Source: a plasmid. Taken from it: a DNA stretch of 18,415 bases. The stretch is taken from sequence record CP014066.2, one strand, 5' to 3'. The notes beneath the pieces were generated by a model. It had not been told where the DNA came from, did no database searches, and worked only from the letters and a program-made list of their open reading frames with translations. Position numbers and translations under genes: made by a program. Positions 7,165 to 14,839 of this stretch are shown here, piece by piece. The first letter of the stretch is position 1; each line of letters opens with the position of its first letter.

Positions 7165-8826
7165 TCACGCCTCCGATTTACCGTGCTCGCGGTTGGCGAA
7201 CGCGGCCACTTCATCATCAGGATCGGCAGCGGCCGAATCGGCCCCTGCCAAGTTGTTGTCGCCGAATGTCGGCACCGCCTCGGCAGCGCCGGCCTGGTCG
7301 CTCTCCGCGCGCGCCCTGATCGCCGCCGCGATCTTCCCGCCGGTGGTGTCGGCGATGCGCTCGGCGGCGGCGGCGCGGATGCTGGCGGCCTTGGCCTTCG
7401 CAACCTCTCCGACGCCTTGCATCAGGTTCGCGCTGGCGTCGGCCGTCACGCGGCCCGCCGTGCCAAGCGCCGATGCGGCCGAGGCCAGCAAGCCGGGGCC
7501 GGTGCTGCCTGGTGCGGCCTGCTGGCCGCCTTGCTGGGCGTTCTTGTTGCCGGCGTCGTCGCCCCCTTTCGAGCTGGAACCGCCGCCCGATTTACCGGAC
7601 TGCTGCCCATTGCCGCCACCCGAACCGCTGGCACCTCTGCCCGAGCTGCTGCCGAAACCGGCGGCCTGTGCAAGTGGTGTAGTGGTGCCTGCACCTGAGC
7701 CTGACCCGCCACCAAAGCCAGCAGCTTGCGCAAACGAGCCAGCATCGCTGCCGGAGTCGGAGCCACCGCCGAGCATGGGCATTCCGCCCGATTCACCGCC
7801 AGCGCTCGATCCTGCTTTCTCGAACGCTGCCTTGATCGCCGACATGCCGCCGGCGGCCGAGGCTGCACCACCCATCACGGCCGCACCAGCCACGCTTGCC
7901 GCACCGGCGGCCATGCTCGCCGCGCCCATAGCCGCACCGATGGCAGCACCCGCGCCGAAGTTGCCGATGCCACCCGCGCCGCCGATACCCGAGCCGGTGA
8001 TGATGCCGGCGATGAGAGGGGGCACACGATTGACCAGCATGAGCAACGCCACGCAGAAAACCAGCATCACGCCCAGCTCTTCAAAGTTCAGCGTGCCGGT
8101 GTTCATCCTGGCGTAGAAGCTGGAAAGCAGGTCGTTCCCGATGCCGACCAGGAGCACCATCGTCATGATCTGCACGGCCACGCCCAGCACGGTCTTGTAG
8201 TAGTTGATCGCCATGTCGGACGTCCAACGCGAACCACCGAAGCCGAGGAAGAAGATGCCGGCGTACATCAGCAGCCAGCCCGAGACGAGCAGCAGCAGCA
8301 TATTCACGGCGACAACTGCCAGCAGGATCAGGATGCCAACGCTCAAGGCCACACCGATGAAGCTATCCACGGGCGACCAGATCGACGAGTTTGTGAATGC
8401 CTGCTTCAAGATCATGAAGCCGATATCCACGATGCCCGAGGGTGTCACCGATGCCACCCCGGATGCCTGCTCACCGATCCGGGCCAGTGACTGGATGATC
8501 GAGTTGGCGAAGGCGGGGCCGTTGCGCAGCAGCCAGAGGAAAAAGCCGAAGAACAGAATGAAGCGGATGAACTCGGCGAAGAACTCGCCAATGTCGGCCT
8601 TGCGCAGCGCCATGAAGCCGAACGTGAAAACCAGCGAGATCGTGCCCAGCGTCCAGAACAGGAACATCGCGGCATTCATCACCACCGTCTGCCAGGACGT
8701 GGCCCGCGTGGCGAACTCCGTCACCACCTGGTCAAGCATCCCCTGGTTGGTGAGCTGGGCCGATGCAGCGGTGGAGTAGAGCGCGAGGGTGACGCCGATC
8801 AGCGCCGCCTTGTGCAGTGCTTTCAT
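7165..8826 (-). CDS. trbL: TrbL/VirB6-family conjugal transfer membrane protein with a long Gly/Ala/Ser-rich C-terminal tail (553 aa)
   Basis: N-terminal signal sequence MKALHKAALIGVTLALYSTAASA. Multiple TM helices. Follows trbJ-trbK as in RP4. The track ORF 7165..8991 has no in-frame stop upstream, so its start was trimmed to the ATG with an RBS. Confidence 0.8.
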   Translation of the reverse strand: MKALHKAALIGVTLALYSTAASAQLTNQGMLDQVVTEFATRATSWQTVVMNAAMFLFWTLGTISLVFTFGFMALRKADIGEFFAEFIRFILFFGFFLWLLRNGPAFANSIIQSLARIGEQASGVASVTPSGIVDIGFMILKQAFTNSSIWSPVDSFIGVALSVGILILLAVVAVNMLLLLVSGWLLMYAGIFFLGFGGSRWTSDMAINYYKTVLGVAVQIMTMVLLVGIGNDLLSSFYARMNTGTLNFEELGVMLVFCVALLMLVNRVPPLIAGIITGSGIGGAGGIGNFGAGAAIGAAMGAASMAAGAASVAGAAVMGGAASAAGGMSAIKAAFEKAGSSAGGESGGMPMLGGGSDSGSDAGSFAQAAGFGGGSGSGAGTTTPLAQAAGFGSSSGRGASGSGGGNGQQSGKSGGGSSSKGGDDAGNKNAQQGGQQAAPGSTGPGLLASAASALGTAGRVTADASANLMQGVGEVAKAKAASIRAAAAERIADTTGGKIAAAIRARAESDQAGAAEAVPTFGDNNLAGADSAAADPDDEVAAFANREHGKSEA

Positions 8827-9092
8827 GGCTTCGCCCCCTTCTGGTCTTTCGGGTCGGCCAGTTCGAGCCAGTTCATGGGCTTCTCGGTCGGCGCGATGCC
8901 GCCGGCGGCTGGCGACCGGCGCGAGCACAGCCCGGCGAATTTCTCGCGCGTGGCCCTGTCCTCGATCTTCTTGATCGCCTCGATCTGGCAATTGGTGTCA
9001 TTGACCTCTGGCATGGGCGGGATGGCCGGCTTGTTGTCGCAGCCGGCCATCAGCACCACCACGAGGCCGGCAAGCAGCATCGTTTTCTTCAT
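8823..9092 (-). CDS. trbK: Small lipoprotein in the TrbK position (entry-exclusion protein candidate), 89 aa
   Basis: Lipobox LMAGC after a hydrophobic signal. Located between trbJ and trbL with ATGA overlap to trbL and an RBS GGAGG. Confidence 0.55.
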   Translation of the reverse strand: MKKTMLLAGLVVVLMAGCDNKPAIPPMPEVNDTNCQIEAIKKIEDRATREKFAGLCSRRSPAAGGIAPTEKPMNWLELADPKDQKGAKP

Positions 9093-9107
9093 GGTGCAGG
9101 GCCTCCG

Positions 9108-9893
9108 TCAGCGGGTCAGTTCGAGCCAGTTTCTCGGGCTTGCCGTGCGCTCGATCCTGGATTCCCTGGAAGTCGCGCCGGCGGCCTGCTGCTGCGCTTC
9201 AAGGTCGGCCTGCGCCTGCATCCTGGCGGTAGCGGCGTTCTGCTGCGCGATCAGCAAGCCACGGATTTGCAGGAGCTGGTTCGCCTGGTTGGCGGCGAGC
9301 TGGTTGGCGAAGCCGATAGCCTGCATCTGGCCGGTCGCGCCTTGTGCGGCCGACTGGAGCCGTTCGAGCTGGCGAGCGTCGGCGGTAAGGTTGCGCTGCT
9401 GCTGCTCCAGACCCTTGAAAAGCGCGTCGTTCGCCTTCTTCTGGCTCTCGCTCGACAGGCGGCGGTTTTGCTCCATCGCGGCGCGCTCGGCATCCGAGCA
9501 CCCGGCGGCCGAGAAGCACGGCGAGCTGCGGTAGTAGCTCACATCCTGGAATTTGCCCAGGTAGGCATCGAGACTGCCGAGCTGGTTCCTGTAGTAGTCC
9601 AGCGTGTTGACGGCATTCATCAGCCCGTTGATCGTGGACTGCGCCTGATCCCAGATGTAGGCCGCCGGGGCCATCGTGTTTTGCAGCATGTTCTCGTACT
9701 GCTGCAATTGGGTCTGGTACTGCTCGATCTGCTTGAGCGTCTGCGCCACCGACTCGATGGCCGTCATGACGTTCTGCACCAGGTTCCCGCCGTCGATGAC
9801 GGGGATGCCGGCCTGCGCTGGGGTGATGATGATGCTGCCGGCCAGGACGGCGGCGAGCGCGGTTTTAGCCGCTAAAAGGCGGACGTGCTTCAT
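9108..9893 (-). CDS. trbJ: TrbJ (VirB5-like) conjugal transfer protein, 261 aa
   Basis: Product MKHVRLLAAK...AQAGIPVIDGGNLVQNVMTAIESVAQTLKQIEQYQTQLQQYENMLQNT... closely parallels RP4 TrbJ from memory. Confidence 0.85.
   Translation of the reverse strand: MKHVRLLAAKTALAAVLAGSIIITPAQAGIPVIDGGNLVQNVMTAIESVAQTLKQIEQYQTQLQQYENMLQNTMAPAAYIWDQAQSTINGLMNAVNTLDYYRNQLGSLDAYLGKFQDVSYYRSSPCFSAAGCSDAERAAMEQNRRLSSESQKKANDALFKGLEQQQRNLTADARQLERLQSAAQGATGQMQAIGFANQLAANQANQLLQIRGLLIAQQNAATARMQAQADLEAQQQAAGATSRESRIERTASPRNWLELTR
9864..9876. promoter_or_regulatory. KorB-operator-type palindrome TTTAGCCGCTAAA (OB-like site 1), inside the 5' end of trbJ
   Basis: Exact match to the RK2 OB consensus TTTAGC(G/C)GCTAAA. 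One of four copies. Confidence 0.7.
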
Positions 9894-10083
9894 GGTCGAG
9901 TTCCTCGATGTGATGAAGTGGCTGCTCTGAACCGCACCTAGAAGATGCGGAGCTGGGCCATCACAGAGACAGCTCGCCACGTCGCGCTGTCCGGTACCCG
10001 ACCTTGGCGACACCGTTGCGCCCGGCCATTTTTGTTGAACATCGGTGTAGTGCTATCTAACGTCATTCGCGCCAGATAGCAAA

Positions 10084-10111
10084 ATTATACATTAAGCACG
10101 CATAACGACAA
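10084..10111 (-). promoter_or_regulatory. Sigma70-type promoter on the minus strand: -35 TTGTCG, 16-bp spacer, -10 TATAAT. Reads toward trbJ-trbK-trbL
   Basis: Perfect -10 hexamer. Paralogous to the parA promoter at 17136..17163. Confidence 0.55.
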
Positions 10112-10128
10112 GCACAAAAGCACGCAAT

Positions 10129-11961
10129 CTATCGCCCGCGCCCCTTGCCCTTGTCCTGGCGTTTGGCCTTCTTGGCTTCCATCTGCGCCCGTAGCCGTGC
10201 CTGGCGCTGTTCCAGCTCGGACGGCGCGGGCTTGGCCGGCTGCTGCACTTTGGCCGGCGGCGGTGTCGGGGTGGCCTGGGTCGGTGCTTGTGCCGGCCGC
10301 TGGGCTTCGCCCTCGATGTGCAGCCCGTCGAGCTGGCCCAACGTGCGCAGGCCATGCCGGCGATGCGGTGGCGGTTCCTGGCCGACAGGGGGCACACCCA
10401 GCCGGCGCTTGGCCTGGGCCTTGGTGGCCTCGGCCTGCCGCCGGCTTTCCAGTGCCGGATCGGCGAAGGTGATGGGGAGCTGGGCATCGACGGCCGCCCG
10501 GATCACGGCAGCCTTGAACTCCACGCTGCCGCTGACAGTGATGCGCTCGCCGTAGCGTTCCATTGCCAGGCGCAGCGCCGCCGCCACGCCGGCGCGGTCG
10601 GCCTGGCTGGACACGGCCAGACGCTCGCCGTCATCGCGCACGGCCGAGCTGCCGGCGCGGTAGATGATCGTGCCCTTCTTCGTGATGCTGTCGATCACCG
10701 GGGTATGGCCGGGCTTCGCCTGGCCGTCGCCCTGGATGGTGTCGCCCTTGAGGCCCTGGGCCGCCTCGCGGGCGCGCAGCGCATCGAGCGCCTGGCCGTC
10801 GCCGGCCGTTGCCTGCTGCTTGAGCCAGTCGGCCCACGGCCGCCGGCGGTGCTCGTTGTAGATCGCCGCCCGCTCCTGGTCGTGGCGCTTGTGGATCGCC
10901 TCCAGGTCGGCCCGCAGCGCGGCGCTGGCCTGGGCATACAGCAGCTTCTTGGTCAGCCGGCCATCGGTCAGGTGCTTGATGGCCGCCCGCCGGGTGGCCG
11001 CCGCCTTCTTGGCGTTCTCGATGGCCCGATCCTTCCGGCGCTTCGCCTCGGCCAGCACGCCGGCCCTGGCGGCCGTGAGGGTCTGCTGTGCGCCCTTGTA
11101 CCGGGCGTAAAGCTCGGTCGTGTCCAGGCCGCCGCGCAGACGCATCGGCCGGCCCTTCTGGTAGTTGCGCCGTGCCGGCGCGGCCTGGCGCTCGGGCGAC
11201 GCCTCGAACGTGCCAAGCCGCTTTTCCAGGGCAGGCTTGGACAGGTCGCGGGCCAAGGTGCTGGCCTTGATGATCGTGCCGTCGCCGGCCTCGATGACCA
11301 GGCCGTTACCGCGTGCGCGCAGCGCCAGGCCGTTATCGCGCATGACCTGGTGCAGCTCGGCCCAGCTCGCCGCGCCCTTGATCTCGTCCAGGCACTCGCG
11401 CTTGATCCAGCCGACCAGGCTTTCCACGCCGGCGTGCTGCTCCAGGTCGCCGGCCCTGGCGGCCGCGCCGCGCTGGCGTGACTCGTGGTTGTCACGCTCC
11501 AGGCCGTAGTCGCGTTCCAGGGTCGTGCAGAGGTCGGCCAGCGCCCGATGCGAGTAGTACGGCTCCTGCATCGTGCCCCTGGTCGGGTGAATCTTGTTGA
11601 TGGCGATGTGGATGTGCAGGTTGTCGGTGTCGTTATGCACGGCGCTGACGCGCTGATGCTCGCCCAGGCCCAGCCCGTCGCAGATGCGGGCCTCGATCTG
11701 CCGCAGGGTGTCGGCGCTCGGCTGCTCGCCGGCGCGAAAGCTGACGATCAGGTGATAGGTCTTGTCGCCCTTGGCCCGCGTGTTGGCCTGCTGGGTCGCC
11801 AGCACCTCGGTGATGGCATCGCGCACGGTGTCGGCGGCGCAGTTCGTGACCTGCACCTGGCCCAGCCGGTGGTCTTTGCTCTGCGCGTCGGTGACATACC
11901 GCACCAGGCCGGCGAAGTCGGACTTACCCAGCGAGCGCATGGGCACGTGCTTGGCGATCAC
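10129..11961 (-). CDS. traI: MobP-family relaxase TraI (GTG start), 610 aa
   Basis: N-terminus VIAKHVPMRSLGKSDFAGLVRYVTDAQ... and the HxH motif HNDTDNLHIHIAINKIHP match RP4 TraI. The start overlaps the traJ stop (GTGA). Confidence 0.88.
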   Translation of the reverse strand: MIAKHVPMRSLGKSDFAGLVRYVTDAQSKDHRLGQVQVTNCAADTVRDAITEVLATQQANTRAKGDKTYHLIVSFRAGEQPSADTLRQIEARICDGLGLGEHQRVSAVHNDTDNLHIHIAINKIHPTRGTMQEPYYSHRALADLCTTLERDYGLERDNHESRQRGAAARAGDLEQHAGVESLVGWIKRECLDEIKGAASWAELHQVMRDNGLALRARGNGLVIEAGDGTIIKASTLARDLSKPALEKRLGTFEASPERQAAPARRNYQKGRPMRLRGGLDTTELYARYKGAQQTLTAARAGVLAEAKRRKDRAIENAKKAAATRRAAIKHLTDGRLTKKLLYAQASAALRADLEAIHKRHDQERAAIYNEHRRRPWADWLKQQATAGDGQALDALRAREAAQGLKGDTIQGDGQAKPGHTPVIDSITKKGTIIYRAGSSAVRDDGERLAVSSQADRAGVAAALRLAMERYGERITVSGSVEFKAAVIRAAVDAQLPITFADPALESRRQAEATKAQAKRRLGVPPVGQEPPPHRRHGLRTLGQLDGLHIEGEAQRPAQAPTQATPTPPPAKVQQPAKPAPSELEQRQARLRAQMEAKKAKRQDKGKGRGR

Positions 11962-12335
11962 GATTGTCCGCCTCGCGGCCGCACCACGCTTTCCGCGATG
12001 GTGCTGATCTTGTCCTGGGTCGCCTCGATCCGGGCCAGCAGCGCCCGGATGGTGTCATCGCCGAAGCGGGCCGTGCGCGGGTCGTCGGTCAGCCAGAGCT
12101 TGAGCAGGCCGCCCAGCCGGCCGAGGTCGCCATTCACGCGCACCAGGTCGCGCACGTTCTCGAAGTCGGTCACGCCTTTGACCTGGTAGCCCTGGCCGAC
12201 CGCCAGCAGGTAGGCGGACGTGCTCATGCCGGCGGCCTGGGCGTTGGCCTCGATGGCGGCCCGTTCATCCGGCAGGCAATAGACCTTGATGGGCGTGCTG
12301 CCCTTCCTCGTTACCTTGTTCTCGTTGGCCTCCAT
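11958..12335 (-). CDS. traJ: Relaxosome accessory protein TraJ (oriT-binding), 125 aa
   Basis: Product ...GSTPIKVYCLPDERAAIEANAQAAGMSTSAYLLAVGQGY...NGDLGRLGGLLKLWLTDDPRTARFGD... is very similar to RP4 TraJ from memory. Confidence 0.85.
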   Translation of the reverse strand: MEANENKVTRKGSTPIKVYCLPDERAAIEANAQAAGMSTSAYLLAVGQGYQVKGVTDFENVRDLVRVNGDLGRLGGLLKLWLTDDPRTARFGDDTIRALLARIEATQDKISTIAESVVRPRGGQS

Positions 12336-12427
12336 CTTGGCGTCCTCTGTCGTTGCCGGCGGCCGCCGGCTGGCCCCGCAGGGCAGGATGCCCCGTTGAG
12401 CGCCGCAGGCGCGAATAAGGGGAAGTG

Positions 12428-12480
12428 AAGAGGATCACCATGCTTGCATGGTGGGCCTACTTCACACATCCTGCCCTCTA
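12428..12480 (+). other. oriT: oriT: TraJ-binding inverted repeat CACCATGC-TT-GCATGGTG (12428..12445) and nick region GGGCCTACTTCACACATCCTG|CCC (predicted nic between 12473 and 12474)
   Basis: Near-identical to the RP4 oriT nick region (GGGCCTACTTCACCTATCCTGCCC) from memory. Lies between divergent traJ and traK. Confidence 0.75.
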
Positions 12481-12690
12481 TTCAGCATTGCATTCAATGC
12501 GGAAACTATACACGCGCCATTGTGGATTTGCATGGTATCTAGCAAGGAAACCTAGCGCCTATGGATGCAACACGGCAAAATGCAGGGGAATCCGCTTGCT
12601 TGCAGGACTTCACGCGCCGTTTCAGCGCATATTCCATGTGCTTTCCACTAGCTTTACACACATGAACCCGCGTGCATTACACAAACAGGA

Positions 12691-13119
12691 ATGAAGCCGA
12701 TGGGAACCCGATACACCGATGAACTTGCCGCCTGGGCCGATCAGAAGGCCGAGAAGAAGCGCCGCCAGGACGCGGCGGCAGTAGCGTTTCTGGCGGTGCG
12801 CGGGGATGTGGTCGAGGCAATGGAAGCCGGCTACGCGCTGACGACGATCTACGATCACATGCACGAAACCGGCCGGGTGAAAACCAGCTATGAGACGTTC
12901 CGCCGGCACGTCCAGCGGTTCATCAAGGCAGCGCCGGCCGACACCGCGCCGCCGACACCGAAGGCCGCCACCAGGTCGGCCAGCAACTCGCCGACCACCG
13001 TTCCAGCCGTCACGCCAAAGCCGGCCGTACCAGCTCCGGCCAGCCCTGCCAGCGAGCAAGCCGGGAAGATTCCCAGCTTCAATTTCAACCCGACGCCGAA
13101 CAAAGAGGACTTGCTGTAA
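12691..13119 (+). CDS. traK: TraK oriT-binding relaxosome protein (alternative start at 12700), 142 aa
   Basis: Product ...YTDELAAWADQKAEKKRRQDAAAVAFLAVRGDVVEAMEAGYALTTIYDHMHETGRVKTSYETFRRHV... parallels RP4 TraK. Divergent from traJ across oriT. Confidence 0.8.
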   Translation: MKPMGTRYTDELAAWADQKAEKKRRQDAAAVAFLAVRGDVVEAMEAGYALTTIYDHMHETGRVKTSYETFRRHVQRFIKAAPADTAPPTPKAATRSASNSPTTVPAVTPKPAVPAPASPASEQAGKIPSFNFNPTPNKEDLL

Positions 13120-13180
13120 GCGCCCCAAGGGGCAAGTCGGACGCCAAGGGGAATATGCGTGCTGTTTGCCTTGCGTGCTT

Positions 13181-13193
13181 TTTAGCGGCTAAA
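13181..13193. promoter_or_regulatory. KorB-operator-type palindrome TTTAGCGGCTAAA (OB-like site 2), preceded by the TTGCGTGCTTTT motif shared with the two TATAAT promoters
   Basis: Exact 13-mer. Confidence 0.7.
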
Positions 13194-13197
13194 GCGT

Positions 13198-13247
13198 GCC
13201 CCTCAAGTGTCAATGTGCTGCCTGGGCTTTATTGACACTTGAGGGGC
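13198..13247. repeat. Perfect 17-bp inverted repeat GCCCCTCAAGTGTCAAT-N16-ATTGACACTTGAGGGGC. Each arm contains the RK2 oriV iteron sequence TGACACTTGAGGGGC
   Basis: Arms at 13198..13214 and 13231..13247 are exact reverse complements. Located between the convergent traK and kfrA 3' ends. Confidence 0.8.
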
Positions 13248-13253
13248 GGTCGA

Positions 13254-14159
13254 TCACTCGCCGCCGGGCTTTTTCCTGGTCGGCTTCGCCTCGGCCGCCG
13301 GCGGCGTGATGCGAGCCAGCAGCGCGGCCGATTGTTCCTTGAGCGTGTCGAGCTGCCCGGCCAGGCGGGCGGCTTCCTCGCGGGCCTGTGCGGCCGCCTT
13401 CGTGGCCTGGTCGCGCTCGGCCTGGGCGGCGGTGAGGCGTTCGGCCATGCGATGTGCCTCGCCCGCTGTGGCCTTGCGCTGTTCCTGGTGAGCTTCCTCG
13501 CTGGCCTCGGCCTTGGCCTGTACCTTCACCAGCTCGGCGCGCACCTGGTCGAGTTGAGCGGCGGCCGCCTGGCTGGCCTTCTGCTGTTCAGCCAGTGCCC
13601 CGCGTGCCTGGTCGGCGTCCTGGTGCGCCCTGTCCAGTTCCGTGCGCAGCTCGCCGGCCCGGCGCTCGATCTCTTGGGCGCGGGCCTCTGCCGTGTGCGC
13701 CTGTTCCTGGGCGGTAGCCAGTTGGCCGCGCAGCTCGTCGGCTTCGCCGCGTGCGGCCGCTTCGGCGGCCTCGATGGACGCCAGGCGGGATTGCAGGGCT
13801 TCCACGTCGCCGGCCAGTTTGTCGGCCAGCTCGGTTGCCTCGTTGCGGTCGGCTTCCAGCTCGGCGCGGGCCTTCTCCAGCCCTTCCCGCTCAACGGCAA
13901 GGCGGGCGTTCGCCAGGTCGAGGGCGATTGTCCATAGGTCGCTGCCCAGTTCGGCCAGGCGGTCGGCGACGGCCTGGGGCGCAGGCTCGCGCAGGGGCGC
14001 GGCGGCGGTGGCCTGGCGGGCCTTCCACTCGTTCAGGGCCGGGGAAATGGTTGTGTAGCTCCCGCCGGTGATCTGCCGGATTGCCTCAAGCGTGGGCTTC
14101 TGGCCGGCGGCGGCCAAGTCGTCGGCGGCGGAAAAAATCTGCTCTTTCGTGACTGCCAT
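13254..14159 (-). CDS. kfrA: KfrA: N-terminal DNA-binding domain plus long Ala/Glu/Gln-rich coiled-coil, 301 aa
   Basis: N-terminus MAVTKEQIFSAADDLAAAGQKPTLEAIRQITGGSYTTISPALNEWKARQ parallels IncP-1 KfrA. Alanine-rich heptad-like tail. RBS AGGAG. Confidence 0.85.
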   Translation of the reverse strand: MAVTKEQIFSAADDLAAAGQKPTLEAIRQITGGSYTTISPALNEWKARQATAAAPLREPAPQAVADRLAELGSDLWTIALDLANARLAVEREGLEKARAELEADRNEATELADKLAGDVEALQSRLASIEAAEAAARGEADELRGQLATAQEQAHTAEARAQEIERRAGELRTELDRAHQDADQARGALAEQQKASQAAAAQLDQVRAELVKVQAKAEASEEAHQEQRKATAGEAHRMAERLTAAQAERDQATKAAAQAREEAARLAGQLDTLKEQSAALLARITPPAAEAKPTRKKPGGE

Positions 14160-14189
14160 AGCGGTTGCTCCTGTATGAAATGTAGTGTT

Positions 14190-14230
14190 GTAGTATGTTG
14201 TATGATACTACTACATACTACGATTTACAA
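14190..14230 (-). promoter_or_regulatory. kfrA promoter/operator. Inverted repeat GTAGTATG-N16-CATACTAC with internal GTTGTA/TACTAC direct repeats overlaps a putative -10 TATCAT (reverse complement of 14202..14207) and -35 TTGTAA (reverse complement of 14225..14230), 17-bp spacing
   Basis: Palindrome and hexamers read directly. KfrA is known to autoregulate through a palindromic operator. Confidence 0.55.
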
Positions 14231-14839
14231 GCCCTACAGGAAAATACTACGCCGCTACCCTGGGGCCAGCCCGGCCGCGAGCGCGTGACGGTCGAAATTC
14301 GGCCCTGGAAGGCCCGTAGAGGCGTTTTTAGGGGGTCGGCGGCCCTACCCCCTGGCCTCGGCCGGTTTCGCGCCTCCTGGGCGCTCCTGGGTGGCCTGGC
14401 CGTGGTGCGCTTGGGCCTGCATCGTTGGATGTGGCGATGCTGGCCAGCTCGCCCGCCCTTTTTCTTGGCGTTCAACCTGCGGCCTTCCAGCTCGCGCCGG
14501 CGGTCGAGATTGGGCACGACCTCGGCAAACCGCTTTTCCTGCTAAACCTGCTTTTCTTGGGCTGTCGAGTTGCCGCGGTGCTCGATGAGTGTGCAGGCGG
14601 TGGAGCTGTCACCGGCGCGGCTTGCCGCGCTCTTGGTAAGCCAGTCCTGGCCGTTAGGCCAGGCACGATTGCCGGAGGGGGAGCCGGCGAAGCCGGGGGA
14701 ACCCCGCAGGGGTGCCCCGCCGAAGGCGCAGGCCGGCGCCGTAGGCGACGGGGCGGAGGGCCGAAGGCCCGGAGGGTAGGCGCGCCCGTAGGGCGTTGCG
14801 GCGGTTCGGTTTGCGCTGTCGGTTGAGTTTTCCACCGAT

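Noticed and set aside
7300-7960. Highly repetitive GC-rich DNA (GCCGC/GCACC motifs) that might be taken for a tandem-repeat or CRISPR-like array
   Set aside because: It encodes the Gly/Ala/Ser-rich C-terminal tail of TrbL in frame. There are no regular repeat/spacer units.
7079-8116. 345-aa Pro/Ala-rich plus-strand ORF, and 7726..8490 (+) His/Arg-rich ORF
   Set aside because: Antisense to trbL. The composition is non-protein-like. trbL has a signal peptide and TM helices.
8817-9875. 352-aa plus-strand ORF and 8812..9534 (+)
   Set aside because: Antisense to trbJ/trbK. The minus-strand genes match RP4 TrbJ and a lipoprotein.
10288-11481. 397-aa plus-strand ORF (plus 10145..10555, 10197..10472 and others)
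   Set aside because: Antisense to traI. Arg/Ala/Gly/Pro-rich low-complexity translation typical of high-GC antisense frames. traI on the minus strand has clear relaxase motifs.
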